A stretch of DNA of 64,000 bases from Deltaproteobacteria bacterium (lineage in GTDB: Bacteria; Myxococcota_A; UBA9160; SMWR01): assembly GCA_032128115.1 (NCBI GenBank), contig JAQBHB010000078.1:1-64000 (forward strand). The letters run 5' to 3'. The translations under genes and the position numbers were made by a program. Shown here one piece after another: positions 41,753-51,627 of this stretch. Under the pieces are notes generated by a model. It saw only the letters and a list, made by a program, of their open reading frames with translations, had not been told where the DNA came from and searched no databases. Every line of letters starts with the position of its first letter. The first letter of the stretch is position 1.

Positions 41753-43231
41753 ATGTCGATCCTCCGGCATCCCCTCGCCCCGTGGCTGCTGGTTGCGCTT
41801 GCGCTGGCCTGCGCCCGGAATCCCACCGGGGGCACGGACCTGGTGATGATGTCCGAGGAGGACGAGATCGCCCTGGGTCACGCCTCGGTCGAACAGCTTC
41901 GGGGCCAGTTTCCCGCCTACAAGAATCGGGAGCTGCAGGCCAGGGTCGAGCGGATCGGGGCCGAGCTGGCGGCGCTCTCCCACCGTCCCGACATCGCGTA
42001 CGACTTCACGCTGGTAGACACCCCGGACGTCAACGCCTTCGCCCTTCCCGGCGGACACATCTACGTCACTCGCGGCCTGCTGGCCTATCTGGAGTCGGAC
42101 GCCGAGTTGGCCGGGGTGCTTGGCCACGAGATCGGACACGTGGCCGCGCGGCACTCGGTGCAACGGCACAGCCAGCAGCGCCTGACCCAGGCGGGGGTCT
42201 ACCTGGGCTCGCTGGCCGCGTCCGCCTTCGGCGACGCCTACGCCGGAGCCGCCGCGGCCGACCTGGGAAACCTGTTCGGAGGCGCGCTGCTCAGCGGCTA
42301 CGGGCGGGAGGACGAGCTGCAAGCCGACCGTCTCGGCGCGGAATACATGGCCAAGGCGGGCTACGACCCGGAGGCCCTCCTGGACGTGATCACCACCCTG
42401 AAGGACCAGGAGATCTTCGAGATCGACCGCGCCGCTGAAGAGGGCCGCCGGGCCAACGTGTATCACGGCGTGTTCGCGTCGCACCCCAGCGCGGACCAAC
42501 GCCTGAAGGAAATCATCGAGAGTGTCGCCGGAACGGAAAGCGACGAACGACGCCCGGAAGACCGGGAGGCGTTCCTGCTCTCCCTGGATGGCATGGCGTT
42601 CGGGCCCAGCTGGGCCCACGGAGTGATCCGCGGCCGCAACTTCTACCTCGGCTACGTGGGTATGGGCCTGACCTTCCCCCGGGACTGGGCCATCCAGAAC
42701 GAGCCCAGCCGCGTGCTCGCGATAGCGCCGGGCAACGAGGCCGTGCTGCAGTTGACGCTCGCCGACCGCGGCCGCAACAAGACTCCGCGCGACTTCTTCC
42801 GCTGGGAGATGCGCATGAGCAACGAGACCCACGCGGCCGAGTTCACCCTGAGCGGCCTGCCCGCCTTCACGGCGGTGGCAAAGACGGATACGCCGTACGG
42901 CAATCGCGAAACCCGCTTCAGCGTGGTCTTCATGGGAAGCCAGGTTTACGTCTTCCAGGGCGCCGGCCGCGACCACGCCCACGGGCTCGACCAGTTCGAC
43001 CGGGACTTCCTGGATACGGCGGGAAGCCTGCGCCCCCTGAGCGAGCGCGAACAAGCTGCCACGCGCGGACCCGTGATCCGCGTCCGCCGCGCCACCGAAG
43101 GCACCACCTACGAGGCCCTGTCTCGGAGCACGCGCATCAAGAGCTACCAGGAGCAGACCCTGCGCCTGCTCAACCACCAGTATCCGGAAGGCGAGCCCGA
43201 GGCCGGCTCGCTGATCAAGCTCGTGAAATGA
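41753..43231 (+). CDS. M48 family zinc metalloprotease, probable lipoprotein
   Basis: LALAC lipobox-like; NAFALPGG, HEIGH, ELQADRLG, FASHP. Confidence 0.9.
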   Translation: MSILRHPLAPWLLVALALACARNPTGGTDLVMMSEEDEIALGHASVEQLRGQFPAYKNRELQARVERIGAELAALSHRPDIAYDFTLVDTPDVNAFALPGGHIYVTRGLLAYLESDAELAGVLGHEIGHVAARHSVQRHSQQRLTQAGVYLGSLAASAFGDAYAGAAAADLGNLFGGALLSGYGREDELQADRLGAEYMAKAGYDPEALLDVITTLKDQEIFEIDRAAEEGRRANVYHGVFASHPSADQRLKEIIESVAGTESDERRPEDREAFLLSLDGMAFGPSWAHGVIRGRNFYLGYVGMGLTFPRDWAIQNEPSRVLAIAPGNEAVLQLTLADRGRNKTPRDFFRWEMRMSNETHAAEFTLSGLPAFTAVAKTDTPYGNRETRFSVVFMGSQVYVFQGAGRDHAHGLDQFDRDFLDTAGSLRPLSEREQAATRGPVIRVRRATEGTTYEALSRSTRIKSYQEQTLRLLNHQYPEGEPEAGSLIKLVK

Positions 43232-44289
43232 AGAGCCGCCGCGCCGACCCGGCCGGGTGGGCGCGCGAGCTGGGCATCTCGCGCGAGGCGGTGGAGGTGT
43301 ACCTGGCGAGCGACGTGCTCGACCTACACCTGGACAGCTACATCTGGACTCGCATCCTGGGCTACGACCTGCGCAAGCGTCACGGCGGCGGCCTCGGCGG
43401 CTGGCGAGTCTACAGCCAGGTCGACTTCCCCCGCGTGCGCGAGGCGGCCATGACCGGCGCCACCTGGGTGATCACCACCAACCCGCTGCGCACCGCCGCA
43501 TCCCGCCCGCGCGTACTGCTCGAAAACCTGCGGCGGCTGCAGGCGATCTTCGACAGCGTGCCCGACGACTTCCGGTTGGTGCGCAACGCGGCCGAGTACC
43601 GCGAAGCCGTGGACGGCGGCGCCCACGCCGCCTTCGTCGGAATCCAGGGCGGAAATGCCCTCGACCGGGACCTGGACGCTCTCGACCTGATCCCGGACGA
43701 CCTGGTACTCCGCATCACCCTGGTGCACCTGTACTCGTCTCGGATCGGCGTCACCAGCGCGCCCGGGGGCGCACGCCGGGGGCAGGGACTCTCGAATTTC
43801 GGCCGCGATTTCGTGGCTCGTCTGGACGAGAAGCGCATCCTGGTGGACCTGGCCCACATCAACCGACGGGGATTTTTCGACGCGGTGGAGGTCCATGATC
43901 CGTCGCTTCCCCTGCTGGTGAGCCACACCGGTGTCACTGGGGTGACGCCCCACTGGCGCAACGTGGATGACGAGCAGCTGCGCGCGGTGGCGGAAACCGG
44001 GGGCACCGTGGGCGTGATGTACCAGTCCTCGTTCCTGGGCGAGGCCACGTGGGGCGGACGGGCCGAGGGCGTGGTGCGCCATCTGGCCCATATCGTGGAA
44101 TCCGTCGGAGAGGACTTTGTTTCCCTGGGAAGCGATTGGGACGGCGCCATCCTGCCACCCCGGGATCTCAAGAGTCCAATCGATCTGCCGCGGCTGGTAG
44201 AAGCGATGCTGAAGCGCGGCTGGAGCCCGGAGCGGATCCACAAGATTCTCGGCGGGAACTTCCTGCGCGTGGTAGCGGCGATCCGCTAA
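43228..44289 (+). CDS. Membrane dipeptidase family (M19-like) amidohydrolase
   Basis: DLHLD, DLAH, SHTG, RNVDDEQL, GSDWDG, KILGGNFLRV. Confidence 0.85.
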   Translation: MKSRRADPAGWARELGISREAVEVYLASDVLDLHLDSYIWTRILGYDLRKRHGGGLGGWRVYSQVDFPRVREAAMTGATWVITTNPLRTAASRPRVLLENLRRLQAIFDSVPDDFRLVRNAAEYREAVDGGAHAAFVGIQGGNALDRDLDALDLIPDDLVLRITLVHLYSSRIGVTSAPGGARRGQGLSNFGRDFVARLDEKRILVDLAHINRRGFFDAVEVHDPSLPLLVSHTGVTGVTPHWRNVDDEQLRAVAETGGTVGVMYQSSFLGEATWGGRAEGVVRHLAHIVESVGEDFVSLGSDWDGAILPPRDLKSPIDLPRLVEAMLKRGWSPERIHKILGGNFLRVVAAIR

Positions 44290-44299
44290 AATACCGGGC

Positions 44300-45421
44300 A
44301 TGCGAACCGAACTCTGCAAACGACTGGGCATCGAGTTTCCGATCTTTGCCTTCACTCACTGCCGGGACGTGGCGGCTGCAGTCAGCAATGCCGGCGGCAT
44401 GGGAGTGCTTGGCGCCGTGGGCTTCACGGCCGAGCAACTCGAGATCGAGCTGAAGTGGATCGACGACCATGTGGGCGACAAGCCCTACGGCGTGGACATC
44501 GTGATCCCGGGCAAATACGAGGGCCAGGGCGAGCTCGACGTGGACAAGCTCGAGGCCCAGCTGCGCGCCGCCATTCCCAAGGGACACCGCGAGTTCGCCG
44601 CCAAGCTGCTGGCCGACCACGGCGTGCCGGATCTTCCCGAGGGCGAGAAGGCGCGAGAGCTTCTGGGCTGGACCGCGGCCACCGCCGGCCCCCAGGTGGA
44701 AACGATCCTCAGGCACGACAAGGTGAAGCTCGTGGCCAACGCCCTGGGCACGCCACCCACCGACGTGATCAAACAGATCCAGGACACCGGCCGACTGGTG
44801 GGCGCCCTGTGCGGACGGCCGGACCATGCCTTGAAGCACAAGGAGGCGGGTGTCGACTTCATCATCGCCCAGGGAACCGAGGGGGGCGGCCACACCGGCG
44901 ACATCGGCAGCATGGTGCTGTGGCCCGAGGTGATCGACTCGGTGGCGCCGACCCCGGTCCTGGCCGCGGGCGGCATCGGCACCGGCCGCCAGATGGCGGC
45001 GGCGCTGGCCATGGGCGCCCAGGGCGTGTGGACCGGCTCCCTGTGGCTCACCGTGGAGGAGGCCGAGGTCCCGCCGGCGCAGATGGAGTCGCTCCTCAAG
45101 GCCACGATCCGCGACACCGTCCGCTCGCGCTCCTACACGGGAAAGCCCTGCCGCATGCTGCGCAACGATTGGACCGAAGCCTGGGCCGACGACCAGAACC
45201 CCGCGCCGCTCGGCATGCCGCTGCAGTTCATGGTGACCGCCGACGCGGTATCGAGAACCAGTCGCTACGCGGACAAGGCCCAGGACGTGGCCTTCAACCC
45301 GGTGGGACAGATCGTGGGTCAGATGAACGAGATCCGGCCCGTGCGCGAAGTGATCGTGAAGCTGGTGGAGGAGTATCTGGAGAGCGTGGAGCGGCTCGAG
45401 ACCCTCAATCAGAACGCGTAG
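44300..45421 (+). CDS. Nitronate monooxygenase family flavoprotein
   Basis: AVSNAGGMGVLG, QGTEGGGHTG, LAAGGIGTG. Confidence 0.88.
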   Translation: MRTELCKRLGIEFPIFAFTHCRDVAAAVSNAGGMGVLGAVGFTAEQLEIELKWIDDHVGDKPYGVDIVIPGKYEGQGELDVDKLEAQLRAAIPKGHREFAAKLLADHGVPDLPEGEKARELLGWTAATAGPQVETILRHDKVKLVANALGTPPTDVIKQIQDTGRLVGALCGRPDHALKHKEAGVDFIIAQGTEGGGHTGDIGSMVLWPEVIDSVAPTPVLAAGGIGTGRQMAAALAMGAQGVWTGSLWLTVEEAEVPPAQMESLLKATIRDTVRSRSYTGKPCRMLRNDWTEAWADDQNPAPLGMPLQFMVTADAVSRTSRYADKAQDVAFNPVGQIVGQMNEIRPVREVIVKLVEEYLESVERLETLNQNA

Positions 45422-46877
45422 CGTAGAGCGCCGGCGGGGACGTCAGCACCAGCAACATCGCGAGCCCCAGCATGCGGTGGTAGCTCAGCGGGAAGACATC
45501 GAAGGTCGGCACGACGATCGCCAACAGGATTGCCAGGGCCACCGCCACCGGCCGCTCGCGCCCGCGCGTGGCCACGGCGAACAAAGCCAGCGGAATCGCC
45601 AGCACGTAGTGGTGCTCCCAGACCGACGAGGCCGCCACCAGTCCGAACGCCAATGCGTCCGCCCCGTGTCCGAACAGGCGCAGCTCTTCCGGCGGCGCCG
45701 ACGACGCCGAAACCTCGCGGCGCCGGAACGCCGACTCACGCTGCAGGAAGCGCCACGTGAACCAGGCGCTTGCCGCCAACACGAGCGCCATGGCTGCGCC
45801 GCGAATCCAGGACTCGAAATCCAGGGGATCGATGCCGAGGCCCAACCACAACAGGTTGAAGAGGATCCCGAAGAAGTTGTTGTTGCGGATGTTGTGCTCC
45901 CACGGAAACGTGGGCAGGAAGGCGAAGAACCCCTCCCAGTGGTCCCAATCGGAGAAGAACCCCGTCTGGGACGCGATCAGAAACAGCACCCCCGCCACCG
46001 CCGCCAACGACAGCTTCCAGAAGCGCGCGACGGTGAGCGCCCCCCACAGCACCAGCGGGTAGAGCTTCACGTGGATCGCGACTGCGATGCTGAGTCCCGC
46101 CAGGATCGGCCGCCGCCGGGCCCACAGCAGGCCCAACAACGAGAGATCCAGCACCCACAGATTCACCTGATTCCAGCGCAGGGTGCGCAGGAGCGGGTTG
46201 TCGAAGATCAGGATCGCCGCCACCAGGGCGTGGGCCGCCACTTCGGGTACGCCCAGCCGCCGGCTGAACTGGTAGGAGGCGGCGTAGGCCAGGCCCACCA
46301 GCAGCAGCAGGACGCAGCGGTAGTAGTAGAAGACGCTGTTCCAGACGTCTTTTTCTGCGGTGAAATTCAGACTGTCGAGGCCCGGACGGTGCTGGATACG
46401 ACCCGTGAGCTCCGGCGCGCTCTCGACCCAGCGGTAGGCGGCAGCCATCGCCTGGGCCGTGAGCGGCGGATACAGATAGGGCGGCTTGCCGTCGTACAGA
46501 CCCTCGCCCTTCAGCAGACGCTCGGCCGCATTCTGGTAGGCGCCGTAGTCGTAGGTCCGGTACGAGTACTCGCTCACGTAGGTAACGAAGTAGAGGCCCG
46601 TGACCAGGGGAATCAGGACGGCAGCTTTTGCGCCGAGCCCGCCCTGCCCTGCCAGAGAACGCAGCCGGATGCCGGCCCAGACGAACAGGGCGACGGACCC
46701 GGTGAGCCCCAGAAGCTCGAAGCGCATGTAGGATTTCGTGTAGCTGCGGCCGAGCCAAGCGCTGTCGAACGAAGCCCAATACAGCGGAAAGCCACACGCC
46801 AACGCCACGCCACACACCGCCATCACGACGACGCCGATTCGAACGGCAAGGCCTCGAGCGGCAAGACCTCGGCTCAC
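45405..46877 (-). CDS. GT87/DUF2029-like polytopic glycosyltransferase
   Basis: DYGAY, PYLYPPL, QVN, HVKLYP, VWEHHY; GTGA overlap with the upstream gene. Confidence 0.78.
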   Translation of the reverse strand: MSRGLAARGLAVRIGVVVMAVCGVALACGFPLYWASFDSAWLGRSYTKSYMRFELLGLTGSVALFVWAGIRLRSLAGQGGLGAKAAVLIPLVTGLYFVTYVSEYSYRTYDYGAYQNAAERLLKGEGLYDGKPPYLYPPLTAQAMAAAYRWVESAPELTGRIQHRPGLDSLNFTAEKDVWNSVFYYYRCVLLLLVGLAYAASYQFSRRLGVPEVAAHALVAAILIFDNPLLRTLRWNQVNLWVLDLSLLGLLWARRRPILAGLSIAVAIHVKLYPLVLWGALTVARFWKLSLAAVAGVLFLIASQTGFFSDWDHWEGFFAFLPTFPWEHNIRNNNFFGILFNLLWLGLGIDPLDFESWIRGAAMALVLAASAWFTWRFLQRESAFRRREVSASSAPPEELRLFGHGADALAFGLVAASSVWEHHYVLAIPLALFAVATRGRERPVAVALAILLAIVVPTFDVFPLSYHRMLGLAMLLVLTSPPALYATRSD

Positions 46878-48064
46878 GGGAGAACGCTCTGCGTTCGGGA
46901 TCGGATCTCCCGATGCTGCACGAGAAGAAGATAGAGGAGGCCGAGAACGCCGATCAAGGGCGCCGCCGGCACCAGGCTGCGCAGCAGGCGCCAGTCCGCC
47001 GGGAGTGCCTCCAGCGCGCCGAGCAACGGGAAATTCACCAGGACGAACGACAGCACAAAGACCACCCAGCCCGGCGCTCCGCCCGCGCGCGCCGCACGCA
47101 ATACGAAGAACAGGGGGATCAGCGCAAACACGAAGTAGTGATCCCACACCACGGGAAAGATCGCGAGGGCCACGCACAGGGCCATGGCGAATTCGAGCGA
47201 CCACGCGCGGCGAACGCCTTCACGGGCTGCCGCAGCCCCCGAGACCCACAAAACGCCCAGGAGGGCAGCACTCGCCCCCAGCACCGCGGCTCCCCACCCG
47301 GGCGGCACCGCCACCGGCGCCCACCGAAACAGACCCTCGGGGCCAGGGCCCAGCGCCTGCACCACGCGCATGACCGAACCCAGCAGGCTGGCGTTGTTGT
47401 AGGCAGTGAGCGCCGTACCAGTGTTCTGGAAAATCACCGCGTCCCAGTACTCCCCGTGCAGGGGCAAACCGAACCACACCACGGACAGCAACAGGAGTGC
47501 GGCAAACGTGAGCGCAGCCGCCCCCACCGTCGCCATCTCGCGGCGGACCCAGAACGGAAGCAGCAACAGCCCCGCCGGGATCTTGATCAGGAAGGCCAGA
47601 CCCAGCAACGCCCCTGCCGTCCGGCGCCGGTCGCGTTCGAAGGCCACGAAGGCCCACGCGAGCAGCGCCAGGCAGACGGGCGTGAGCTGGCCCAGACGCA
47701 CGCCGACGAACCACGCGCGGCACGAGACGAACAGCGCCAGACACAGCCAGCGTTCGCCGGGGGAGCGCGCCAGCCCCACCAGGACGGCGACGAACGCCGC
47801 CAGATAGGCCCCGATCTCGACGGCAAGAAAGATGCGCGACGCCGTTTCCCGGTTCGCCGCGCCCAGGGGCGACAACAGGCCTGCAACCAGAGGCAGATTC
47901 TTGAGGCCTTCGTAGCCGTATTCGAAGCTGCCCGTCTGCCACACCTGGCGCGCGGCGGCATGATAGGCCTTGTCGAAATCGGTGTTCTTGACCCCCACCA
48001 GAAGCGGCGTCGCCACGGCGAAAGCGGTCAGCAGGAACACCGGAGCCACGTCGAGGACCCTCAC
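46874..48064 (-). CDS. GT87/DUF2029-like polytopic glycosyltransferase
   Basis: DFDKAY, LGQ, LIKIP, NASL, VWDHY; many TM segments. Confidence 0.78.
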   Translation of the reverse strand: MRVLDVAPVFLLTAFAVATPLLVGVKNTDFDKAYHAAARQVWQTGSFEYGYEGLKNLPLVAGLLSPLGAANRETASRIFLAVEIGAYLAAFVAVLVGLARSPGERWLCLALFVSCRAWFVGVRLGQLTPVCLALLAWAFVAFERDRRRTAGALLGLAFLIKIPAGLLLLPFWVRREMATVGAAALTFAALLLLSVVWFGLPLHGEYWDAVIFQNTGTALTAYNNASLLGSVMRVVQALGPGPEGLFRWAPVAVPPGWGAAVLGASAALLGVLWVSGAAAAREGVRRAWSLEFAMALCVALAIFPVVWDHYFVFALIPLFFVLRAARAGGAPGWVVFVLSFVLVNFPLLGALEALPADWRLLRSLVPAAPLIGVLGLLYLLLVQHREIRSRTQSVLP

Positions 48065-48927
48065 ACCTTTGCGATCACCTGCTCGGCGAAGCGCTCCAGA
48101 GCCTCGATCTTCTGATCCACGGCCATGGTGTCCTTCTCGTAGGCGTTCCGGAAGCCCACGATGGCGTCGGTGACGCCCACGTCCTCCAGCCGGCGGACGC
48201 CGTCCGGCGTGTAGGCGTCCAGCGAGATCACGTGCACCTCGAAGGAATTCTTGTCGGTTCCGTACTCGACTCGCAGCTCAGCCAGACGTTTGATCAGGCG
48301 CCCGAGCTCCGCGCCGTCTCCCCCCGCGTGCATCCAGCCATCTCCAAGACGCGCGGCGCGCACGAGCGCCGGCTCGGCGTGGCCGCCGATCAGGATGGGA
48401 ATCGGTCGACTCGGTGCCGGGCACATCTTGATGCTCTCCAGATCGTAGTGTTCGCCGTGGAACTCGAAGAATCGCCCGGTCGTGAGGCCCCGGATGATCT
48501 CGATCATCTCGTCCATGCGCTTGCCGCGGGCCTTCCACTCGCTTCCCGTCACCCGGAAATCCTCGGGCCACGGCGACAGGCCCACACCGAAGCCGAAACG
48601 GTTCCCCGTCAGGACCGCCAGCGAGGCCGCCTGCTTGGCCACCAGCACCGGCTGTCGGATGGCGAGCTTCACCACGAAGGTGGTAAAGCGGATCTTCTCG
48701 GTCCGGGCGCCCAGGAACGGAATCAGGGCGAACGGATCGATGAAGGGTTTGTCCTCGAGGAAGCCCCGATTCCCGTCCGGCGTGTAGGGGTAGCTGCTGT
48801 CGGAGACCTCCGGGTAGCAGAGGCTGTCGGGCACCCCGAAGGAGGTCCAGCCGCTGCGATCTGCGGCTTCCGCGAGCGGGAGGTAGTGGCTGGGATCGCA
48901 CATGGACTCGACGAAGGTGAAGCGCAT
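48061..48927 (-). CDS. LLM-class (probably F420-dependent) oxidoreductase
   Basis: Start MRFTFVESM; DPF, RQPVLVAKQ, GVGLSPWPEDF, PILIGG, AARLGDGW. Confidence 0.88.
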   Translation of the reverse strand: MRFTFVESMCDPSHYLPLAEAADRSGWTSFGVPDSLCYPEVSDSSYPYTPDGNRGFLEDKPFIDPFALIPFLGARTEKIRFTTFVVKLAIRQPVLVAKQAASLAVLTGNRFGFGVGLSPWPEDFRVTGSEWKARGKRMDEMIEIIRGLTTGRFFEFHGEHYDLESIKMCPAPSRPIPILIGGHAEPALVRAARLGDGWMHAGGDGAELGRLIKRLAELRVEYGTDKNSFEVHVISLDAYTPDGVRRLEDVGVTDAIVGFRNAYEKDTMAVDQKIEALERFAEQVIAKV

Positions 48928-48987
48928 GGGGGCAGCGTATGGGTCCCGGCGGCTGCGTTCAACGCCTGGGCTGAATACACTGGGTCC

Positions 48988-50412
48988 GTGGCGAAGCTCT
49001 CGTACGCACGGGCCTGGGCTCGGCTGGCCGAAGCCGACCCGGACGGGCTCGCCGTGATCTGTGGCGACCGATCCATCACCCGCGGCGCACTCGAGCGGCG
49101 GGCCAACCGGCAGGCGCGGGCCTACGCGGATCTCGGCGTGGGGCCGGGTGATTTCGTCACGCTGATCCTCCCCAACAGCGTCGATTTCTTCGCCGCCTGC
49201 CTGGCCACCTGGAAGCTCGGCGCGGTGCCCAACCCGATCTCGTCGCGGCTGCCGGCCGCCGAGCGCGACGCCATCCTGGAACGCGCCGCTCCGGCCCTGG
49301 TGGTGGACGCGGACTTCGAGCCCGACCCGGCCCTTTCGGACGCACCGCTTCCGGACGCCCAGCCCCCCCACGAGCGCGCCATGGCCTCCGGCGGCAGCAC
49401 GGGCCTGCCCAAGCTGATCGTGGCCCTGAACCCGGCGCAGTACGACCCGGAGGCGCCTTCCGCGATCTTCAAGGCCCGGCACGCCGTACTCGTCCCCGGC
49501 CCGCTCTACCACGCGGTGCCCTTCAGCGCCGCCTGGCAGGGTCTATTCGGGGGTGCCCTGGCCGTCGTGATGCGCCGCTTCGACGCGGGCCATTGCCTCG
49601 AATTGATCGAACGCCACGCCATCGACCGCGTGCACTTCGTGCCCACCATGATGCTGCGCATCTGGCGGCTTCCGGAAGCCGAGCGCCTGGGGCGCGATCT
49701 GTCGTCGCTCTCGTTCGTGATGACAGGCGGCGCTCCCTGCCCGGCCTGGCTCATGCGGGCCTGGATCGACTGGCTGGGGCCCGACGTGATGCACGAGGCC
49801 TTCGGCCCCAGCGAGCGCATCGGCGGCACCTTCATCACGGGACGCGAGTGGTTGGCGCATCCGGGCTCGGTGGGTCGGCCCAGCGGCGGGGCCAGGCTCA
49901 AGATCGTCGACCCGGACACCGGACGCGAACTGCCAGCGGGCCAGATGGGCGAGATCTACATGCTGCCCGCCGGCGGCCGCGGCAGCACCTACCGCTACGT
50001 GGGCGCGCGAGCCCGTGCCGATCACGACGGCTTCGAGTCGGTGGGCGACATGGGAACCCTGGACACGGACGGCTATCTCTTCCTAGGCGACCGGCGCAGC
50101 GACATGATCCTGTGCGGCGGCCGCAACGTGTATCCGGCGGAGGTGGAGGCCGCCATCGAGGCCCATCCCGCCGTGCGCTCGAGCGCGGTGATCGGCCTGC
50201 CCGACGACGACCTGGGCCAGCGCATCCACGCCCTGGCGGAAACCGACGGCTCCCTGGATTCCGACTCCCTCGCCGAAGCGTTGCGGGCCCACCTGCGCGA
50301 TCACCTGGTGGCGTGGAAGATCCCGCGCAGCTTCGAGTGGGTGGATCACCCGCTCCGAGACGAAGCCGGCAAGGTACGCCGCGCGGCGCTTCGCGAGGCG
50401 CGCCTGGGTTGA
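48988..50412 (+). CDS. Acyl-CoA ligase / AMP-binding protein (BaiB-like)
   Basis: SGGSTGLPK, GPLYH, GDMG, DRRSDMI, NVYPAEVE, GKVRR. Confidence 0.9.
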   Translation: MAKLSYARAWARLAEADPDGLAVICGDRSITRGALERRANRQARAYADLGVGPGDFVTLILPNSVDFFAACLATWKLGAVPNPISSRLPAAERDAILERAAPALVVDADFEPDPALSDAPLPDAQPPHERAMASGGSTGLPKLIVALNPAQYDPEAPSAIFKARHAVLVPGPLYHAVPFSAAWQGLFGGALAVVMRRFDAGHCLELIERHAIDRVHFVPTMMLRIWRLPEAERLGRDLSSLSFVMTGGAPCPAWLMRAWIDWLGPDVMHEAFGPSERIGGTFITGREWLAHPGSVGRPSGGARLKIVDPDTGRELPAGQMGEIYMLPAGGRGSTYRYVGARARADHDGFESVGDMGTLDTDGYLFLGDRRSDMILCGGRNVYPAEVEAAIEAHPAVRSSAVIGLPDDDLGQRIHALAETDGSLDSDSLAEALRAHLRDHLVAWKIPRSFEWVDHPLRDEAGKVRRAALREARLG

Positions 50413-51606
50413 TCAGCGCCGCGCCATCAACCGCATCAGGTAGGGGGCCAGCGGCCGGAACAGGCGCCCCAGCAGAAGCTGCACCGGGCTCGGAACCGGC
50501 GTGTTGCTCGCCGAGCCGAAGCTCGTCAGGTCGAGCTCTTCGCGGATGTCGCCACTCATGGCGCTCATCGGCGTGTCCAGCGGAATACCCGTCGAATCGG
50601 CGATGCGCACCATGCGCTGGAAGTTCGACGCGACGGCGGCAGCATCTACCAGGCCCTCGGGCCCCAGCGCCTGACGCACCCGCTCGCGGGCATCCGAAAG
50701 GGCGTCGTCGTCGTCTCCCACCACCGCATCGGCGAACGCCACCAGTTCGGCGGCGTGGGCCACGCCGCACTTCGCAGCAGATTCCGGATCGGTGATCGCC
50801 CGCAGATCCACCGCCTCATGGCTCGACTCGCTGCTCGCACGGAGCAGCAATGCGTGTGCGCTGGTTCAGTAGAAGCACTCGTTGAGTGCCGACACGCGCC
50901 CCGCAAGCAACTCCACCTGCAGGCGGTCAAGACCTGCCGTGCCGCGCGTCAGGTCCATCATGTCCTTCGGGCGCAGGTAGTGGGCGGCGCTCAGGTCCGT
51001 GAGTCCGCGCACCTCATCGGGCACCAGCGAGAGCGCCCGGATCACGTTGCCGGTTCGATCCGAGCCGTAGAGATCCGCCTCGTCGCCGGTGGCGCGGGAT
51101 TCCTTGATCATGGGAACCCAGGCCGACTCGGGCAGCGCGCCCGTCGGGCGCCGCCGGGAGGGTTCGCCCGCCTGGGACTCCGGCAGCGGGTGGAGCGGCA
51201 CCCCGAGCCCGCGGCAGAAGGCATCGATGCTGACCACCGTCACCACCACGCCCACGAGCTCCACGTAATGAGCATCGCCGAGACCGTCTGCTTGGCACTT
51301 CTCGAACCAGGTGTGCGTCAGGCGGCCAGGATCCGTCGTGATCTGGTGGACGGCCTCCACCGCGGTGGCCGGGAGCTCTCCCGAACTCGCGTGTTCTGCG
51401 TGGTTCACCCGAGACGGGAGCGCCTGCTTGCGCTCGAGGCACAGGGGGCAGTCGGCGGCATTGCGCACCTCCTGGGCGATCGCCACGCGTTCTGCGCCGG
51501 TCCACCAGGTGCCCGCCTTCGCCAGACGCGACCAGGCGCGCTGGTGGGCTTCGGGAAGATCCTCTCGAACGGGAACCGGCGCGCCAGCGTAGGAGATGGT
51601 CGTCAG
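50413..51606 (-). CDS. AhpD/CMD-like alkylhydroperoxidase-related selenoprotein (Sec at codon 247, 397 aa)
   Basis: ORFs 50866-51486 and 50413-50850 are in one frame separated only by TGA: LNE-C-F-Y-U-T-S-A-H; SECIS-like hairpin follows; CTG start 6 nt after GGAGGG. Confidence 0.85.
50828..50850 (-). promoter_or_regulatory. Bacterial SECIS-like hairpin
   Basis: mRNA UUGCUGCUC-CGUGC-GAGCAGCGA: 9-bp stem (one G-U pair), 5-nt loop with GU at positions 2-3; loop begins 24 nt after the UGA. Confidence 0.8.
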
Positions 51607-51627
51607 GGGATGCCCTCCGCCAGCAGT

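Noticed and set aside
50866..50868. TGA as a pseudogene nonsense mutation or a true stop
   Set aside because: It falls exactly at the second Cys position of CxxCxxxH and is followed by a SECIS-like hairpin; Sec is the better explanation
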